Source: Utricularia gibba (lineage: Eukaryota; Plantae; Magnoliophyta). From it: a stretch of 64,000 nucleotides of DNA. The stretch covers positions 1,674,001 through 1,738,000 of the forward strand of contig NEEC01000017.1 of the NCBI GenBank assembly GCA_002189035.1, written 5' to 3'. Numbering within the stretch: position 1 is the first letter of the stretch; every line of letters begins with the position of its first letter. Shown in pieces: positions 1 to 13,109 of this stretch. A program made the position numbers and the translations under genes. Below the pieces are notes generated by a model, which worked only from the letters and a program-made list of their open reading frames with translations, was not told the DNA's origin and did no database searches.

Positions 1-3000
1 ATTCCAATGATGGGGCATCAGGAGAAACCACAATATCCCAGCCTCCTGCTCTATTTCGTTTGGACCATCACATGCTTTGTCAGTTTTTTCAGCACATTTT
101 TCCTCCACTTTATCCGGTACAAGCTTCAAAACTGTACCTGGAGCAGCTACAGCCACTTCTTTGTAAGATAAAGACTTGGATGCTAATGCTGTGAGGCTTG
201 CTGGAGGCAGAGGAACCTTCACTGCTGAACTTTTAGCTTCACCATCAATGGTCACACTTAAAGAGCCTGCTTTTCTGTGTGGGGGCGCTTCGGAAGAAAC
301 AGACTTCGGCAGCACCTTATTAGACGGTAAAATAGCATCTCTTTTATGGGTGTCCTTGTAGTTGCAAACAGGGGAATTTATCTTTAACTTGGCAACATCT
401 GGACGCCTTTTGTTCAACTTTCTTGTAGCTCCATTTCCAGATCTGCTTTTTGAAATAGCTTCCTGCCACCCTTCATCTGACTTGACATCTTGAATAATTT
501 CCTCATGAAATGGGATATCTAGTTTGGTAATTTCATTGTCTTGAGGTTGTTCCCGGATGGACTTAATCTCAACTTTATCCTCACCAATCTGGCTATCCTC
601 AAACACATCAGTAGCCTCTATACTTCCATTGCTGGTGATACCTTCAATTGCTCCCTGGTGCTGCTCTGTGGGGGGCACATCACCAACAGGAAAACTCTAC
701 AAAGCGAAGCATACAAGTGGATTTAATTGCAAAACTTAAAGTGACAGCGGCTTGACTACAAAACTCAATAATAAAATGATTTTAAGCAAAGAATCAACCT
801 TTGAACGCCGCTTCCTTTGAGCATCACCAGGCTTTGCTTCCTGATCTGGACTAATGTAATCCAGGAGATCTGACACACTGTAATAACAAGCAAAGAATTA
901 TGTAGAAAGCTCACATTACATCAAATGAAGGCACCCCTTGAATACCTGAGATGACCCTTGCTGGCAATGGATGCATCCAGCTTTGGGGCTCCAGTGCGGG
1001 CAGCTTCTTGCTGCTCCAGGGCTTTTGACTCAAAATACTCAAGCCATGCAGCAGCATCCTGCAGTTACAGAAGACTAAGCAACAGGCAATAGAAATTGAA
1101 TGTACATTAACTGAGCATTCTAAAGGAGAAAAGATCGATACATTACACAAGTAGATATACTACAAAATTGAAACTTGAGCAGTCTACTTCTTATTCCTTA
1201 GTTTAACCATGCATTTGTAGAAATGTATATCAGCTCATAAAATACACACTCGAATCCTAGAATTTAAACTGAGCAGAATGTAACCGAAATTTTCTAAACC
1301 TGCGTGCGGAGGTCATCTGCTCCAAGTTTTGCTTGAAGAATTTGCAAGGTAGTTTTTTCATGCTGCACACTTAGTGTATATGCTTCCATCAATGAAAGAG
1401 CTATGGCAATGGCGTGATAGCTAGCAGCAGTCTGTCAAATAGAGCGACCAGTCTTAAATATTGAAATCTAGTAGCTAACAATTTGCAGGAAATTTCAGAG
1501 AGGATCTGCATGGGAAATTGCTATGAACCATGACTGCCGATGTGGGATATTGGAAATATTGAAAGATACCTGTATATGATCAGCTCCTAATAATTTTTGG
1601 TTGCACTTGAGAGCTTCATGCAAATATCTGAGAGCAACATGAACATTTCCCATCCCCTCCTCCATCATAGCCACATTTATGTAAGTAGCTGCTGTATTTG
1701 GGTGTGCAAGCCCACATGTGAAATGGAGAAGGTACAGTGCACGGTTGACGTATCTGCTCATGGATGATAAAAAATGAAGTTGATTTAGCCCACAAAAGAG
1801 TAGGTGGAGAAAGTCACTCGGAGCCACAGACAAGGGTACCTACTTTAAAGCCAATTCAATGTGTTGAAGACGGTAGTAAAAAACTGATAGATCCCCATAA
1901 CTCTTCATTGTATCTGGATGATCAAGCCCGAGCTCCCTTTCATTGATATCAAGTGCTTTCTGCTGGTATATAGTTGCCTAAAAAGGAACATTTGCAGAAT
2001 AGTGCTTAGTTGGTGGCATAAAATGCAACTCCCTAGAGATACTAGTTTGACCTAATAAGAACAAGGAGCAATATTCTGGATCCAGAAAACAGACAACTTC
2101 AATGCAACAGAATCAAAGATAAAAGTTATGCTTCTCAAAAAGGATGAGAGCTCATGAAAGGCTACTTGAAACCAGTCTTCAGTTAAAGCAGAAAAGACTA
2201 ATCCTACCTGATTGAAATCTCCAGTATGATACAGCACAACAGCAAGAAGACTGTAGGCACTTGCAGTTGTTCGGTGATATGGACCACATACAGCTATCAT
2301 CTTTGCCAGAGCCTTTTCATTATAGAAATTTCAGGGAGCGATTCAAAATATTACAGACATAACCTGGGAAATGCAGCTATGGTACCTTTGTTCCATAGTT
2401 AACAGCATCTTCAAGTTTCCCCTTGTCCAGAGCAATCTTCGATGATTCAAGCAGATTTCGGCCATCTGCTGAGGAGCAGCCTACATGCTGAATTGGGGGA
2501 AAAAAAAGATGAGTGATGCAGAACAATCTATCGTTTAAACAAAAAATATACACAAAGAAGACTTATAAATTTACCTTACACACGGGAACCACGCTGATGA
2601 TGTCAGAAATCTCAAATGGGCTAGAACTGTCCAAATCATAGTCCTTAGCAGCCAACTCCAGTCCAACCTAAAAGGAAAGTGATGAGTGTTTCAGATTGAT
2701 AGCACTTTACAAATCATTTAAATGGAACCTTGTGGCAAAGTCCCTGGAGAACTGATATCTTCCTTATGTGCTGTAGTTCATCTTCCAGTCTCCATCCAAA
2801 TCTTCTCTTCAAAAAACTCTTCACCCATAGTAACTTGAGATCTTGATCACATGGAATATTGTGATCGATATCAGAAGATCCCAGCAAGAAATTTAAACAT
2901 GAGGCGATCACAGCAGGCATGCTATCCATGCTCTCGACAGATGCAACTACAGCTCGAAGAACATGCTTGAACGCTCGTGTCACCATTTCATGAATGCAAA

Positions 3001-6000
3001 GAGATTGTATGTGAGGAAGCTTAACTGCAAGGTCAACCTGGTTCAAGAAGTTCACGTTTTTCATGTTCAAATGCTATCTAGGGGAGAATTCACAAATCAC
3101 AAACTGTAAAGATTGCTAACCCACCACACGGCCTAGGGAACGCATCTGTAATCCCCTAAGATGCATGAATTCAGTTAGAGTACGACCATCAACAGGAGAA
3201 AGTTCAAGGGATGCAAAGTCCGTGACCTGAAAAAATTACAGAACTGAAATAATTACACAGGAACCACTACCCTTCATTACAATTTAGCAAATCTGGTACC
3301 AGATTTGGCAAAGCAATATCTTCATAGTACTCATGCGCCATCTTCAAAAGCTCATCCAAAGACTGCATGGGAAGCAGTGGATCATAAAAATACAAGCCAT
3401 CATTTTCAGGGGACACCCATGGAGGATATTAACATGATTTCATGGATCTCAGAGAATTCAAAAAGAAAATAAGTACCTTGGTGTGAAGATTGGTCCCAAT
3501 TTGCTTCAATCGCAGAAACGCATCTTCAGAAATATATTTCTGTAATTCATAGTTGGAATCATGAACCTGGGAGTCATCTGTATTTGTCTCCAGGTCTTGG
3601 CTACTGGATCCAGGAGTATTCTCTTCAGCATCACCATTAGGGAGACTCACATTCTTTTCCCGCTTCTTTAGCATTTTAAATTGTTTTCCAAGTCCTTTAA
3701 CTGCCGGTTCAACCTTCTTGTCATCTCCAGGTTTTTCTTGTTTCTGTAGATGCTGCACCCAGCAAGAAACAAGTTCCCATCTTATCAAATTTTCTCTGGA
3801 ATCAGAATTATCATCCAGGTTTGACAGACTATCTTTGATAACTTTCTCTACTAGAGCTCTTGAAGTTCCAACAGCCAATTTGTCAGATAAGGAACTCTGG
3901 TGACCAATCAAAGATTCCGCTGATGGCTTGTGAAGCATCACTCTTAAACTGGAAAATACACCTCATCAGTTCATTAATCATATGAAAAAAAAAACAAATG
4001 CTTGTTAATAATATGGGCTGCTTCAAAAAACAGAGAGGAGACGTACTACAAATGGAGAAATCAAGATCTCAAATTAGCAAACAGGCTCAAAGCTCATGTA
4101 CATTTCTTGTGATACTCACGATCCCAACAAACCAAGTCAAGATCAGGTAAAAAACTTCTCCTTGATCATTTGACAACATCTAATAATTTGCCACGAGATA
4201 TCCAGCAATGGCAATCCCTTCATCTAAAAGCTACTGATCTCTCAACAAGCAAAGGCTTACATGAGGTGTCACTCACAATAATCCATTCTGAACCAAAAAC
4301 ATCACTCATGAGGAGTGTCCATTAAGGAAAAAGTTAGTACCTGTTAACGTTAAGTGCATTTGCTCCACCTTCAGGTTGATCATCAATGTCTATACCCTCT
4401 AGAGGTCTCACTCCCTTTTTTATGTCGCCAACAACCTTCACAGTTGCAGAGTAGCCACAATGTCGAACAACCACAACACCCAAGGCTTCGGTGTCCTGAA
4501 ACAGCATGGAAGACACTCATATCATCAATAAGAGAGACATATCCGAAAATGAACAATAACAAATCCAAATTCGCAGGAGGAAAAGCATCATCCCCTGCAG
4601 ATAAATTTCTTTTTCCAATATTCATAGTTGCACTAGGGGTATCTGTGCTTAGATTTTGACACTGCTATATGCATACAGAAAAAACATTAAGATTCACGAG
4701 CATTTAAGTACCCACCTGCCTTGAGATGTGGAGTTTGAGTAGCATTACTTACTTGTACAACTACATTTTCATCAGAAGTTAGCCCTTTAAGCAAATTTCT
4801 CCGAGACACATCCTGCACAGATTCATCAGAGGATCTGCAGCCGATGATCTTGGCCCTCTTCTCCCGTGTAGCTTCTGGATCATCTCTTCTAACTGTTATA
4901 GAAAGATCTCCAATCCGACTCTCATGTGCAAATGAACCCGGGTGGCATTTTGAGGAATCTCCAGAAGCGGAACGTGCAACTTTCTCTATCGATGAAACAG
5001 CTTTAAAAATGGACACATCTAGAAACAGATTATGAACCAAAAATGCCTTCCTATCTCGGACAACTCTCTCCTCTTCGGTTTTGCAAGGTAGATTTGCCAA
5101 TACAGCGAAGTATGTAGCCCATGGCCTACGATCAAACTCTCCTAATCTCCCCTGTCCTCCTCCATTACCTCCCCAGTTTTCATCCTCTGCAACAAGGGGC
5201 GCATAATGCCATGCAGAGTTGGTGATGGTTGGAGGAACTAGCCAGGTATTGGCACGGAAACCATAGGGAAGATTGCCGAACTGAAAGGGAACAAACTTTA
5301 CTCAATTTTCGACGGAAACACCCACACATGAAAATGGGAAGGAAAACAGAACGTAGTGTTACCTTGTTGTGCTCAGAAAATGCTTTCATCAAGGATGCAT
5401 ATGCCTAAAACAGAACATAACATTATGGTCGCATACTGTAACAATTTCAAGATTACGTATTCCTTAGGCATTTCAGAAACACCCACATTGGCAAAAGCCT
5501 GACTTTGTTGTCGTAGAAGATCCACCAATGAGTGACTCTGCAACATTTGCTTTCCCAAAGTGTAGAACCCCTTCACTGATGCCATTACCTGAACTATCTT
5601 CCCATTGCATATCTTTATCTGCATAAAAGGTCATGCCATCATGAGCTCAGACGATGAAAAGATAATTCTCAAAGCATCTTAACCCACGTGCCACAGCAGC
5701 ATTGCACCCGCCATGAAAATAAAAGACTTTACTGCAGCATAGTAAGGTGTGTTCAAAATGTAGACTTTAGTAACGCCAAGGTTGATAGAACACCTGCATT
5801 TCGAAGTAATCGCCCCCTCGTCGCGTTTCTCCAGCCTTGTTATCCATTCTTTTGAGATCTGCATTAGAGAATTTTACTGGAAAACAGTCTACAAGGAACA
5901 AATCCAAACAGAGAAAACAACAACAACAACGCACGTAGTATGGGCGGAGTAATGTGGGACAAGTTGAAGAACTCATAAAAATCAGAGAGCTTCGGGATTG

Positions 6001-7206
6001 GATGAATCGCGACCATATCATAGCTCGAAGTCACTGCCCGCCTTGGAGTCTCCGCACACGTCAACTCACCATCACGAGCCTCCCCAACCCCCTTCGTCGT
6101 CTGCACCTTACCACTTCTCTTCGGACGAGATTCCGATCCTCCTCCCCTCCCCCGCCGCCGCATTTGGCCTCAGCGAAGCGCGTCGTACAGGCGATGACGT
6201 CGAGGAGTCTCCGAACATGAGATACCGCGCGTGACTCATCGGCGTAGTCCTCTGTAATAAACAGTAGCGATTCCGTTATTCTCAGAAGAAACAGTCGCAC
6301 TTTCCCGAAGATCCTCCTGGGACCCACCTCATGATACAACACCTGCCATACCACTAATATTTCTGCTTCTGTCCACATCCCATTCACTTTTTCCACCAAT
6401 TTTATTACAAAAAATAAAATAAAATAAATGCTGCCCTAACCCTAATATCTCTTCTTTTTCTTTGTTTTTTTAATTTTTTTTATTCTCATGTAATAAGAAA
6501 AAAAGGCGAAGGCGAAGGGTGTAGTGTTCATACCCTGGATCAGTGTGAGTATGCATGGCTTCAGGCTGACCACTTCAACTCTGTCGTTCAATCGCTGGCC
6601 TTTTACCTGTCGTCCCCACAGCACATACCCAATCAATTACTACACGCCCCATTCCTCGGACCCCGTTGTCGGAAACAAGACCCAAAAAAGACCTCTGCCC
6701 CAGTGTTCAATGCATCTAGACTGCCTCAGTGTTCAGTGCATCTAGACTCGTGTTGGGTTATCGAGAAAAGCTCACAGACTGAGCAGGATCTCAAGGGGGA
6801 AGAATGTGGATGCAGTTTCACTAACCTCATGGAAGAGCGAGTACTCTGTGAGATGGCAAGTATCGGTGTTAGCAGCTAACAGCTTCCTCACATCAAGAAT
6901 CCTGTCCGTGGAGATGCCCTTCAGAAAACATAGAACTCCAATCAGAAAGGATGAAACTAAGCGCCAATTACAGAGAAGCAAGTGTACGGTGTACCCACCT
7001 TGAGCACGAGCTGGGTATCGTCCGGAGTGATCACGGTTATGTCAAGAACAGTGGGCACCACTGACAACACACAATGAGATTATGAATACAGAAGGAAGGA
7101 AGCATTCTGAAGCATGATGATTAAGTAAGTTACCTTTTTCTTCCTTCCTCTTCTTGTCGTTCCTGGTTTTGGTGTTTGCTTTGCTCTTGCTGGAGCGAGG
7201 AGCCAT
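1..7206 (-). CDS. REC3: REDUCED CHLOROPLAST COVERAGE 3 / TSS-like CLU-TPR protein; multi-exon, 3' end beyond the window, apparent -1 frameshift near 6150
   Basis: I assembled the exons by hand. They read [24 protein letters not shown] (ATG at 7206) | [21 protein letters not shown] | [14 protein letters not shown] | ...IACTTRF...[18 protein letters not shown] | [13 protein letters not shown] | CLU central region ([19 protein letters not shown]) | TPR region ([29 protein letters not shown]) | SDEGWQEA and [10 protein letters not shown]. The MAPRSSK start resembles the REC3 clade rather than REC1 or REC2. Confidence 0.85.
6695..6746. repeat. 26-bp tandem duplication inside a REC3 intron
   Basis: ctgccccagtgttcaatgcatctaga (6695-6720) is followed directly by ctgcctcagtgttcagtgcatctaga (6721-6746), with 2 mismatches. 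Confidence 0.85.
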
Positions 7207-7881
7207 AGAAGAGAAGAGAATAATGGCGGTGGGCGGAGTGCAGAGATGAACCCGTTTTCAAGAGAGGGAACTGGATAGATGGGGATAAGGGTTTAGTTGG
7301 TTTGGTCTATGGGCACACAGGCATGGATTCTCTCAAGCCATTTCTGGCCTCTCCTTGGTGCTCACATGATAACTCATCTCTTTCACTATCCCTCTCTCAC
7401 TCTCACTCTCACCCCCACCCTCGCCTGTACTCTGCTATAAAATTATATAATATTCCACTGAAACATCCTCTTCTTGGAACAAACAAAAAAAAGAAAAAAT
7501 ATTACTAACCAAGAGTTCTTTGAACTAAGAATCAAAGAGCCACATTTTGTGGTCTTGGTGAGGACATATCCAAGTTACCAGAAATAAGGCAAAGAGAGGA
7601 CCAGCGTTCTGTACTGCTTGAACACACAGAGAGGGGCCTTGGCGCACTTGCCACGTGTCATTTTCTGAACCGCAACTTCGGATTTGCCGACCGTTGGATC
7701 GTTGTGGGCCCACCTCACCCTAAATAAATAAATTAAGGGCCCAGCCCAGAAATTTTATTACTTGCGGTTGTGGGCCCAAGTACAAACTACCACTGAGCCC
7801 AAATAAGAGGCCTGGTAAATATTCACCTTCGATGAAGTTGCGAACGCAAGTCGGTGAACTGAAGAACGGTGTTTTTGTGCA
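7207..7881. promoter_or_regulatory. Divergent promoter region between REC3 (-) and FPG (+)
   Basis: The two start codons are 675 bp apart, head-to-head. The spacer has a G-box (gccacgtg, about 7650), a palindromic gtgggcccac (about 7704) and further GGCCC/AGCCC site-II-like motifs at 7737-7800. Confidence 0.5.
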
Positions 7882-10384
7882 ATGCCGGAGCTACCGGAGG
7901 TGGAAACGGCGCGAAGAGCGGTGGAGGAGCACTGCGTGGGGAGGAGGATTAACAGAGCAGTGGTTGCTGATGATACGAAAGTGATCGACGGGGTCTCTGT
8001 GAAGGACTTCGAGTCCGCGCTTCTTGGAAAGACGATTGTTGGCGTACACCGCAAGGGAAAGAATATGTGGATTGAACTTGATTCTCCTCCGTTTCCTACC
8101 TTCCAGTTTGGTACTTATTATCTGCGTAAACCCTAACCTTCATGCATTTGGTATTTTATGGATCATATCATGGTTTCCAGTAGTTTGTTGTATTTCCGGT
8201 TGATTTTGTTCCATTTGAGTTTTGATTTCTATGCTCTAGGGATGGCTGGAGCTGTACATATAAATGGTGTTGCCGTGGCTAAGTATAAAAGGTAGTGGTA
8301 TTTGGCCCATGGCAGGGATGCATCAATGTATATTTTTGCCTTTTCCAAGCTAACAACATATGGTTTTTCTTATAGGTCAGGAGTGACGGATACGGATGAG
8401 TGGCCTTCAAAGTACTCCAAGGTTTTCATTGAAGTGAGTCATTGTTTTTGTACGACTAGAACTATTTACAAGTGCATTTTGACTTGAAATACGTTCGGGT
8501 CCACAAGAATTCCCTCCCTGGCTAGCTCTCTTTTTTTGTTTTGATCCCCTTCTTGCATTTGTTTGCTTTTTTTCTCTTAGAGAACTTTTTGGGTGCTGTT
8601 CTTAAAACAGAGGGATGTAAAAATTATGCGTGATAGATTTATTACAATTTGTCTTCATTTCTTGTATAGCTAGATAATGGTCTGGGGTTCTCTTTTACTG
8701 ACAAGAGGCGGTTCGCAAAAGTTAGATTGCTTAAAGATGTAAGCAATGTGAAATATTTATTTTTCCCTAACGCCTTATCTGTGTATTTTAAGGTTTCACT
8801 GCTGTTCTTTATAGCCTATCTCGGTTCCTCCAATCTCTGAGCTTGGTCCTGATGCACTGAAAGAGCCCATGACACTTGAGAATTTCTTCAACTGCTTGAG
8901 CAAAAAGAAAATTGGAGTGAAAGCTCTTTTACTTGACCAGGTTGCTTTTATTTTTATAACATTTTTTCCTTAATGTTTTAGATATGTCACCATGCTTGGA
9001 ATATGATGTATGGATCATCTGAAATTAATTGAGTTGCAAAATTGATTCTATACTTGTCTGAGTTGATAGTTGAATGGAGCTATAATGTATATGCTTAGGA
9101 TTCTCCCACAATGTTCTGATAATTCTTTTTTTCATCTTTTATCCAGGGTTTTATATCTGGCATTGGTAACTGGATGGCTGACGAAGTTCTATATCAGGTT
9201 CTTAAGCTTAATTTCCGAATTTTAGTTCTGATTGAATAGCCATTAGCATGACCATGATATGACCTTATAGGCCAGAATTCATCCACAGCAAGCAGCTTGT
9301 AGCATTCCCAAGGAGAGCTGTGATACATTGCTCAAATGCATTAACGAGGTGCGCTTTCTTTTCATTCCTTTTTATTTCAGCCTTCTTGAGACAATATTTT
9401 CATTTCAGAATATGAGTCTGTTTCTTGAGACTGCATTTTTAGGTTTCCAAATTTGCTGTTCAAGTTGGTGCTGACAGCTTCAGTTTTCCTGATGATTGGT
9501 TATTTCATTTTCGCTGGGGCAAGAAACCAGGAAAAATCAATGGTACGATGTTGGCATGCCTGATTAATATAACGCTTCTTCTTTCAGGTTATTGAAAAGG
9601 CTGTGGATGTTAAGGCTGACAGTAGTCAGTTTCCTAGTAGTTGGATATTTCATTCCAGGGAAAAGAAGCCCGGCAAGGCTTATGTTGATGGTTGGCTCTT
9701 GACATGTGCTGTTCTGTTACTCTCTGATTCCATAGCCTCCCCCTTTCTTATAACAAACGTGATGGTTCTTGTGATGATTCCTAATTACAAGGCTTTTGTT
9801 GCTTTGAATCTTGGTGTTAATTATATGGATGTTCTTTCAGGGAAGAAAATCGAATTCATCAAGGCTGGTGGAAGGGTGAGATGCCTTGAAGACATTGATT
9901 GATGCCTGATTTTTTACCATCATGTCTTTATGGTTCCATTTCATATGTGCTGCAGACAACAGCATATGTTCCACAGTTGCAAAAGTTGACTGGTGATCGG
10001 CCTCTGAAAGAAACTGGAAAACGATCAAGAGTCGCCACCAATGGTTCTAGTGATGCCGAGGAGTCAGAGGAGGAAGGTAAGCCTGTGGTGCGGAAAGCAG
10101 GTAAGCGGGGCCAAGCCAAGAAGAACGGATTGAGACAAGCTGCTGAAGAAGATGAACGTAAGGGTGATGCAAAGCAGAAGCCCAGGGAGAGCCATGAAAA
10201 GAATGGCAAAAAGAAACAGACTCGACGAAAAGCTGCGCGAAAGAATGAGGAAACCGACTCTGATAATGATAGTAATGATGCGGATGAGGAAGAAGAGAGC
10301 GAAGCCATGGATGGAGAACATATAAAACCTGCAGCATCATTGAAGAAGCAGGTGACAAATCATCGAAAAACAGCCTGTAAGTAA
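7882..10384 (+). CDS. FPG1: Formamidopyrimidine-DNA glycosylase (Fpg/MutM, plant zincless-finger type)
   Basis: The N-terminus carries the catalytic MPELPEVE motif. Other motifs: RKGKNMW, FTDKRRFA, LLLDQ|GFISGIGNWMADEVLYQ (H2TH) and the KKIEFIKAGGR|TTAYVPQLQK hairpin, followed by a charged tail. All exons join in frame at GT-AG sites using either exon 9443-9542 or exon 9588-9690. Confidence 0.95.
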
Positions 10385-10763
10385 CTCTCATGACACCCTT
10401 TTGATCAATCATCGACGTATGGCGATGAATGTAAAGATTAAGATCACTGCAGCCAGGAACCTTAGCTGCTGCTATTTTGTCCTAAAAAGGGTAGGAGGTA
10501 ACTACTTTTCCACCATACCTGGCGGCTTTTTGCCTGCAGGCTTTTGTAACTTGTAGCCTTTAGTTGTTTTGAAATCCATGTAACTTGATGGGCAACTTGC
10601 AGGTCAACCGAACTCTACTGCATCTCCTTCATCAACCTCCATTAGTACCATACCTCAGCAATCTTCTGCATTTCATCGAACAATACCAGTCACATGGCAA
10701 CATATCTCAGCTTCTTCACTCATCACAAGCAAAACCATGCATAACCTTAAGAAACAAGAGGTT

Positions 10764-11723
10764 TCAATTGGAGCCAGGATCAAGGGCAGGCAACCGGCAA
10801 TGGAGGCTTATGGACTTGTCAGTTTGCCTTGTGCCTGGTAGAAAGAACTGGAAAATCACGACCAGACAACCCCCCTGAGGAGCGATCCCAAAGTAAGCAC
10901 AATCAGGCTTTGATAAGCTGTACTGCAAACACTTGTTGAAGTTCTTCACATTCACTTGTACACTCATAGCATCACCTCTTGCAGCGGCGATCTCCATCCT
11001 TCTCTGAGCACTCAATCCCCTGTCTTCCTCATGAGCATCAGCCTTTTCGCCCAAAACCATCAATTTCCTGAACTCAGCACCCACAGTGATCAGCGTATTC
11101 GAGATCTGCATATGCAAATCCCCATATTTGCTCACAGTGACGCCCATCACATCACCAAGATTCTTCATCCTGTCAACGAAATTCTGCAATGAATTCAGCT
11201 CAGGTGCCTTGACCAGAGTCGCGGGCATCTCCTGGGCGCTCTCTAGTGCCAGATGAAGCTCTTGCACATCGGCGCGGGAGAGGGGCTTCGAAATAGGGAC
11301 GTCGTGGACGACGGCGGATTTATAACCTTTTGCCTCGAAGGTTAGGAACGGCGACGGTTGAGTGGAGTGATGCGAAAGCTTCTTGACGAGTTTTATCTGG
11401 AGAGTGGTAACAGAGGCTGGGTTACGGGATTCGGCGTAGATCGCTAAAATGGAGCGTAGGGCGCGGTGGAGGAGGCTGAGATCAACGGAAAAAGCGATGC
11501 GATCGTCGTTCTGGGAGGATATTCGGTAGTCCTGGAACAGAAACTGTTGCCGGAACTGGGCGACGGAGTGAAGGCCGTCTGCAGCAAGAAGATTGTGAAG
11601 GAAGAAGGCGTGGTCGCGAGTGAGGTACATGTGGGAGATCCGGCCGATCTTTTCCAGTGCCGGAAGGATCCTCTTCTCCAAAAGGTTGACACCATCGTCG
11701 GTGAGAAATGCTCGAAACTTCAT
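10764..11723 (-). CDS. HUS1: Checkpoint clamp (9-1-1) subunit HUS1, intronless, 319 aa
   Basis: The ATG at 11723 gives MKFRAFL..., then F.QDYRISSQNDDRIAFSVDLSLLHRALRS, IKLVKKL and VVHDVPISKPL, all typical of plant HUS1. The longer ORF start at 11810 is a TTG. Confidence 0.92.
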   Translation of the reverse strand: MKFRAFLTDDGVNLLEKRILPALEKIGRISHMYLTRDHAFFLHNLLAADGLHSVAQFRQQFLFQDYRISSQNDDRIAFSVDLSLLHRALRSILAIYAESRNPASVTTLQIKLVKKLSHHSTQPSPFLTFEAKGYKSAVVHDVPISKPLSRADVQELHLALESAQEMPATLVKAPELNSLQNFVDRMKNLGDVMGVTVSKYGDLHMQISNTLITVGAEFRKLMVLGEKADAHEEDRGLSAQRRMEIAAARGDAMSVQVNVKNFNKCLQYSLSKPDCAYFGIAPQGGCLVVIFQFFLPGTRQTDKSISLHCRLPALDPGSN

Positions 11724-12213
11724 CCTCACGACAGCAGCGTCGGCACCGATGGAGCGACTTTCAGAGGAAGCGGGGTTTAATGAAATGAGAGGGAAAAACG
11801 AAAAACCCAAGGAAACGCGCCTGCTAGTGATTTTTTGAAATTATTTTACTTACTGAATATTGCTCTAGGGCTTAAAAAATAGCTTTAAAAGTTGGGAAAT
11901 TTTTCATTTTGGGGCTTTCTTTATAATACAAATAACTGACAAGTCACTCATTGCACCATCACAGTCACATTATACCTAGCAGAGAAAAAACATAATGCCT
12001 GTGATCACAAGGACTGCTACTAAACAAATTGATGCATATGCAGCTCAATAAGCATCCAAGAAAATTGCTTAGAGTATGGATGCATTGAAAGCTACTACTG
12101 AGTCTTTGGGGATGAAACATCTTCTCAAACACCTAACCATCTGAAACTTACGGATGCCTTTACCTCGGTATCATCATAGAGTAGGTTCTTCTCATGGAGC
12201 TCCAAAGGTTGCC

Positions 12214-13007
12214 TCAACTGCCATCAGATTTCTCCAAAGCTGGGAAGAAAAGTGAGTAAATCCATGAAAACTGGTTGAGAGCAACATATAGTACAGCGGC
12301 TGAAGGGCACACATGAAAACTCAGGAAAAATAAAAGCACGTAGGACAAGAGAAAGATGATCAGAGGGGAAAGAGAGGTAACTGTTGTAGTTCAATAGCTT
12401 CTCAATGAGATCCACATGAGTCATCAGCATTCTTCTACAGCAGTACCGCACCAGTTGCAAAGCATCAAGGGCATCACTGCAGCGAGGAAAAAACGAAGAA
12501 TCAATGTGGTGAGTTGATGGATTGACACAAGCTAGGTTAGGGACAATTTATTCATAATCAAGCAATTCTCTTCCTGGTGCACTCGGATACAAGGAGAAGA
12601 ATACCAAATCTTATACAACGCCAAACTATCAATCAACCACAAGAAGTATCAAACCCCTTGAAAAAAAAAATACCCAACTAGGAATCCTTCATCCAGTAGA
12701 ATAACCAAACTAAAAACCACGGCCACAACGCATGAAGTAATTCTGAAAAAGAACCTTCCTTGGAGGAAAAAAAACATGCATAAACACACAAGAACATGGA
12801 AAAAAACAACAAGCACAAATACCCTTCGCTATAGTCTGCCTGCAGCAAATCCAGATACATATCCCACTTGTTTCCAATCACCTGTTGACGAGAGAATTCA
12901 ACCTCATATTAACAGTTACCTTCCCCTAAAGAAGATCAATAAATACCACCCCCTACAAACCCTAGAATTACCTTTCCACATGTGAAGCAACGCACTGGAA
13001 TGATCAT
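12214..13007 (-). CDS. RPB10: RNA polymerase I/II/III shared subunit RPB10 (71 aa, 4 exons)
   Basis: Exons 12972-13007, 12823-12881, 12382-12476 and 12214-12239 give [71 protein letters not shown], with the CxxC...CCR zinc motif. Confidence 0.97.
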
Positions 13008-13109
13008 CTTCCTCCGCGAGGTTCAATGCTAGGGCAAGCAACACACGATTTCTACATCGTTACATTCTTTCTAGGGCCATCTTAAATATCCGCGAGGAGA
13101 TATTCTTTT

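Noticed and set aside
5987-6110. Possible small intron (GTAAGG or GTGAGT donors) rescuing the REC3 frameshift
   Set aside because: The candidate introns are GC-rich, lack a pyrimidine tract, and either hit a stop or delete the conserved [10 protein letters not shown] motif. A one-base deletion is simpler.
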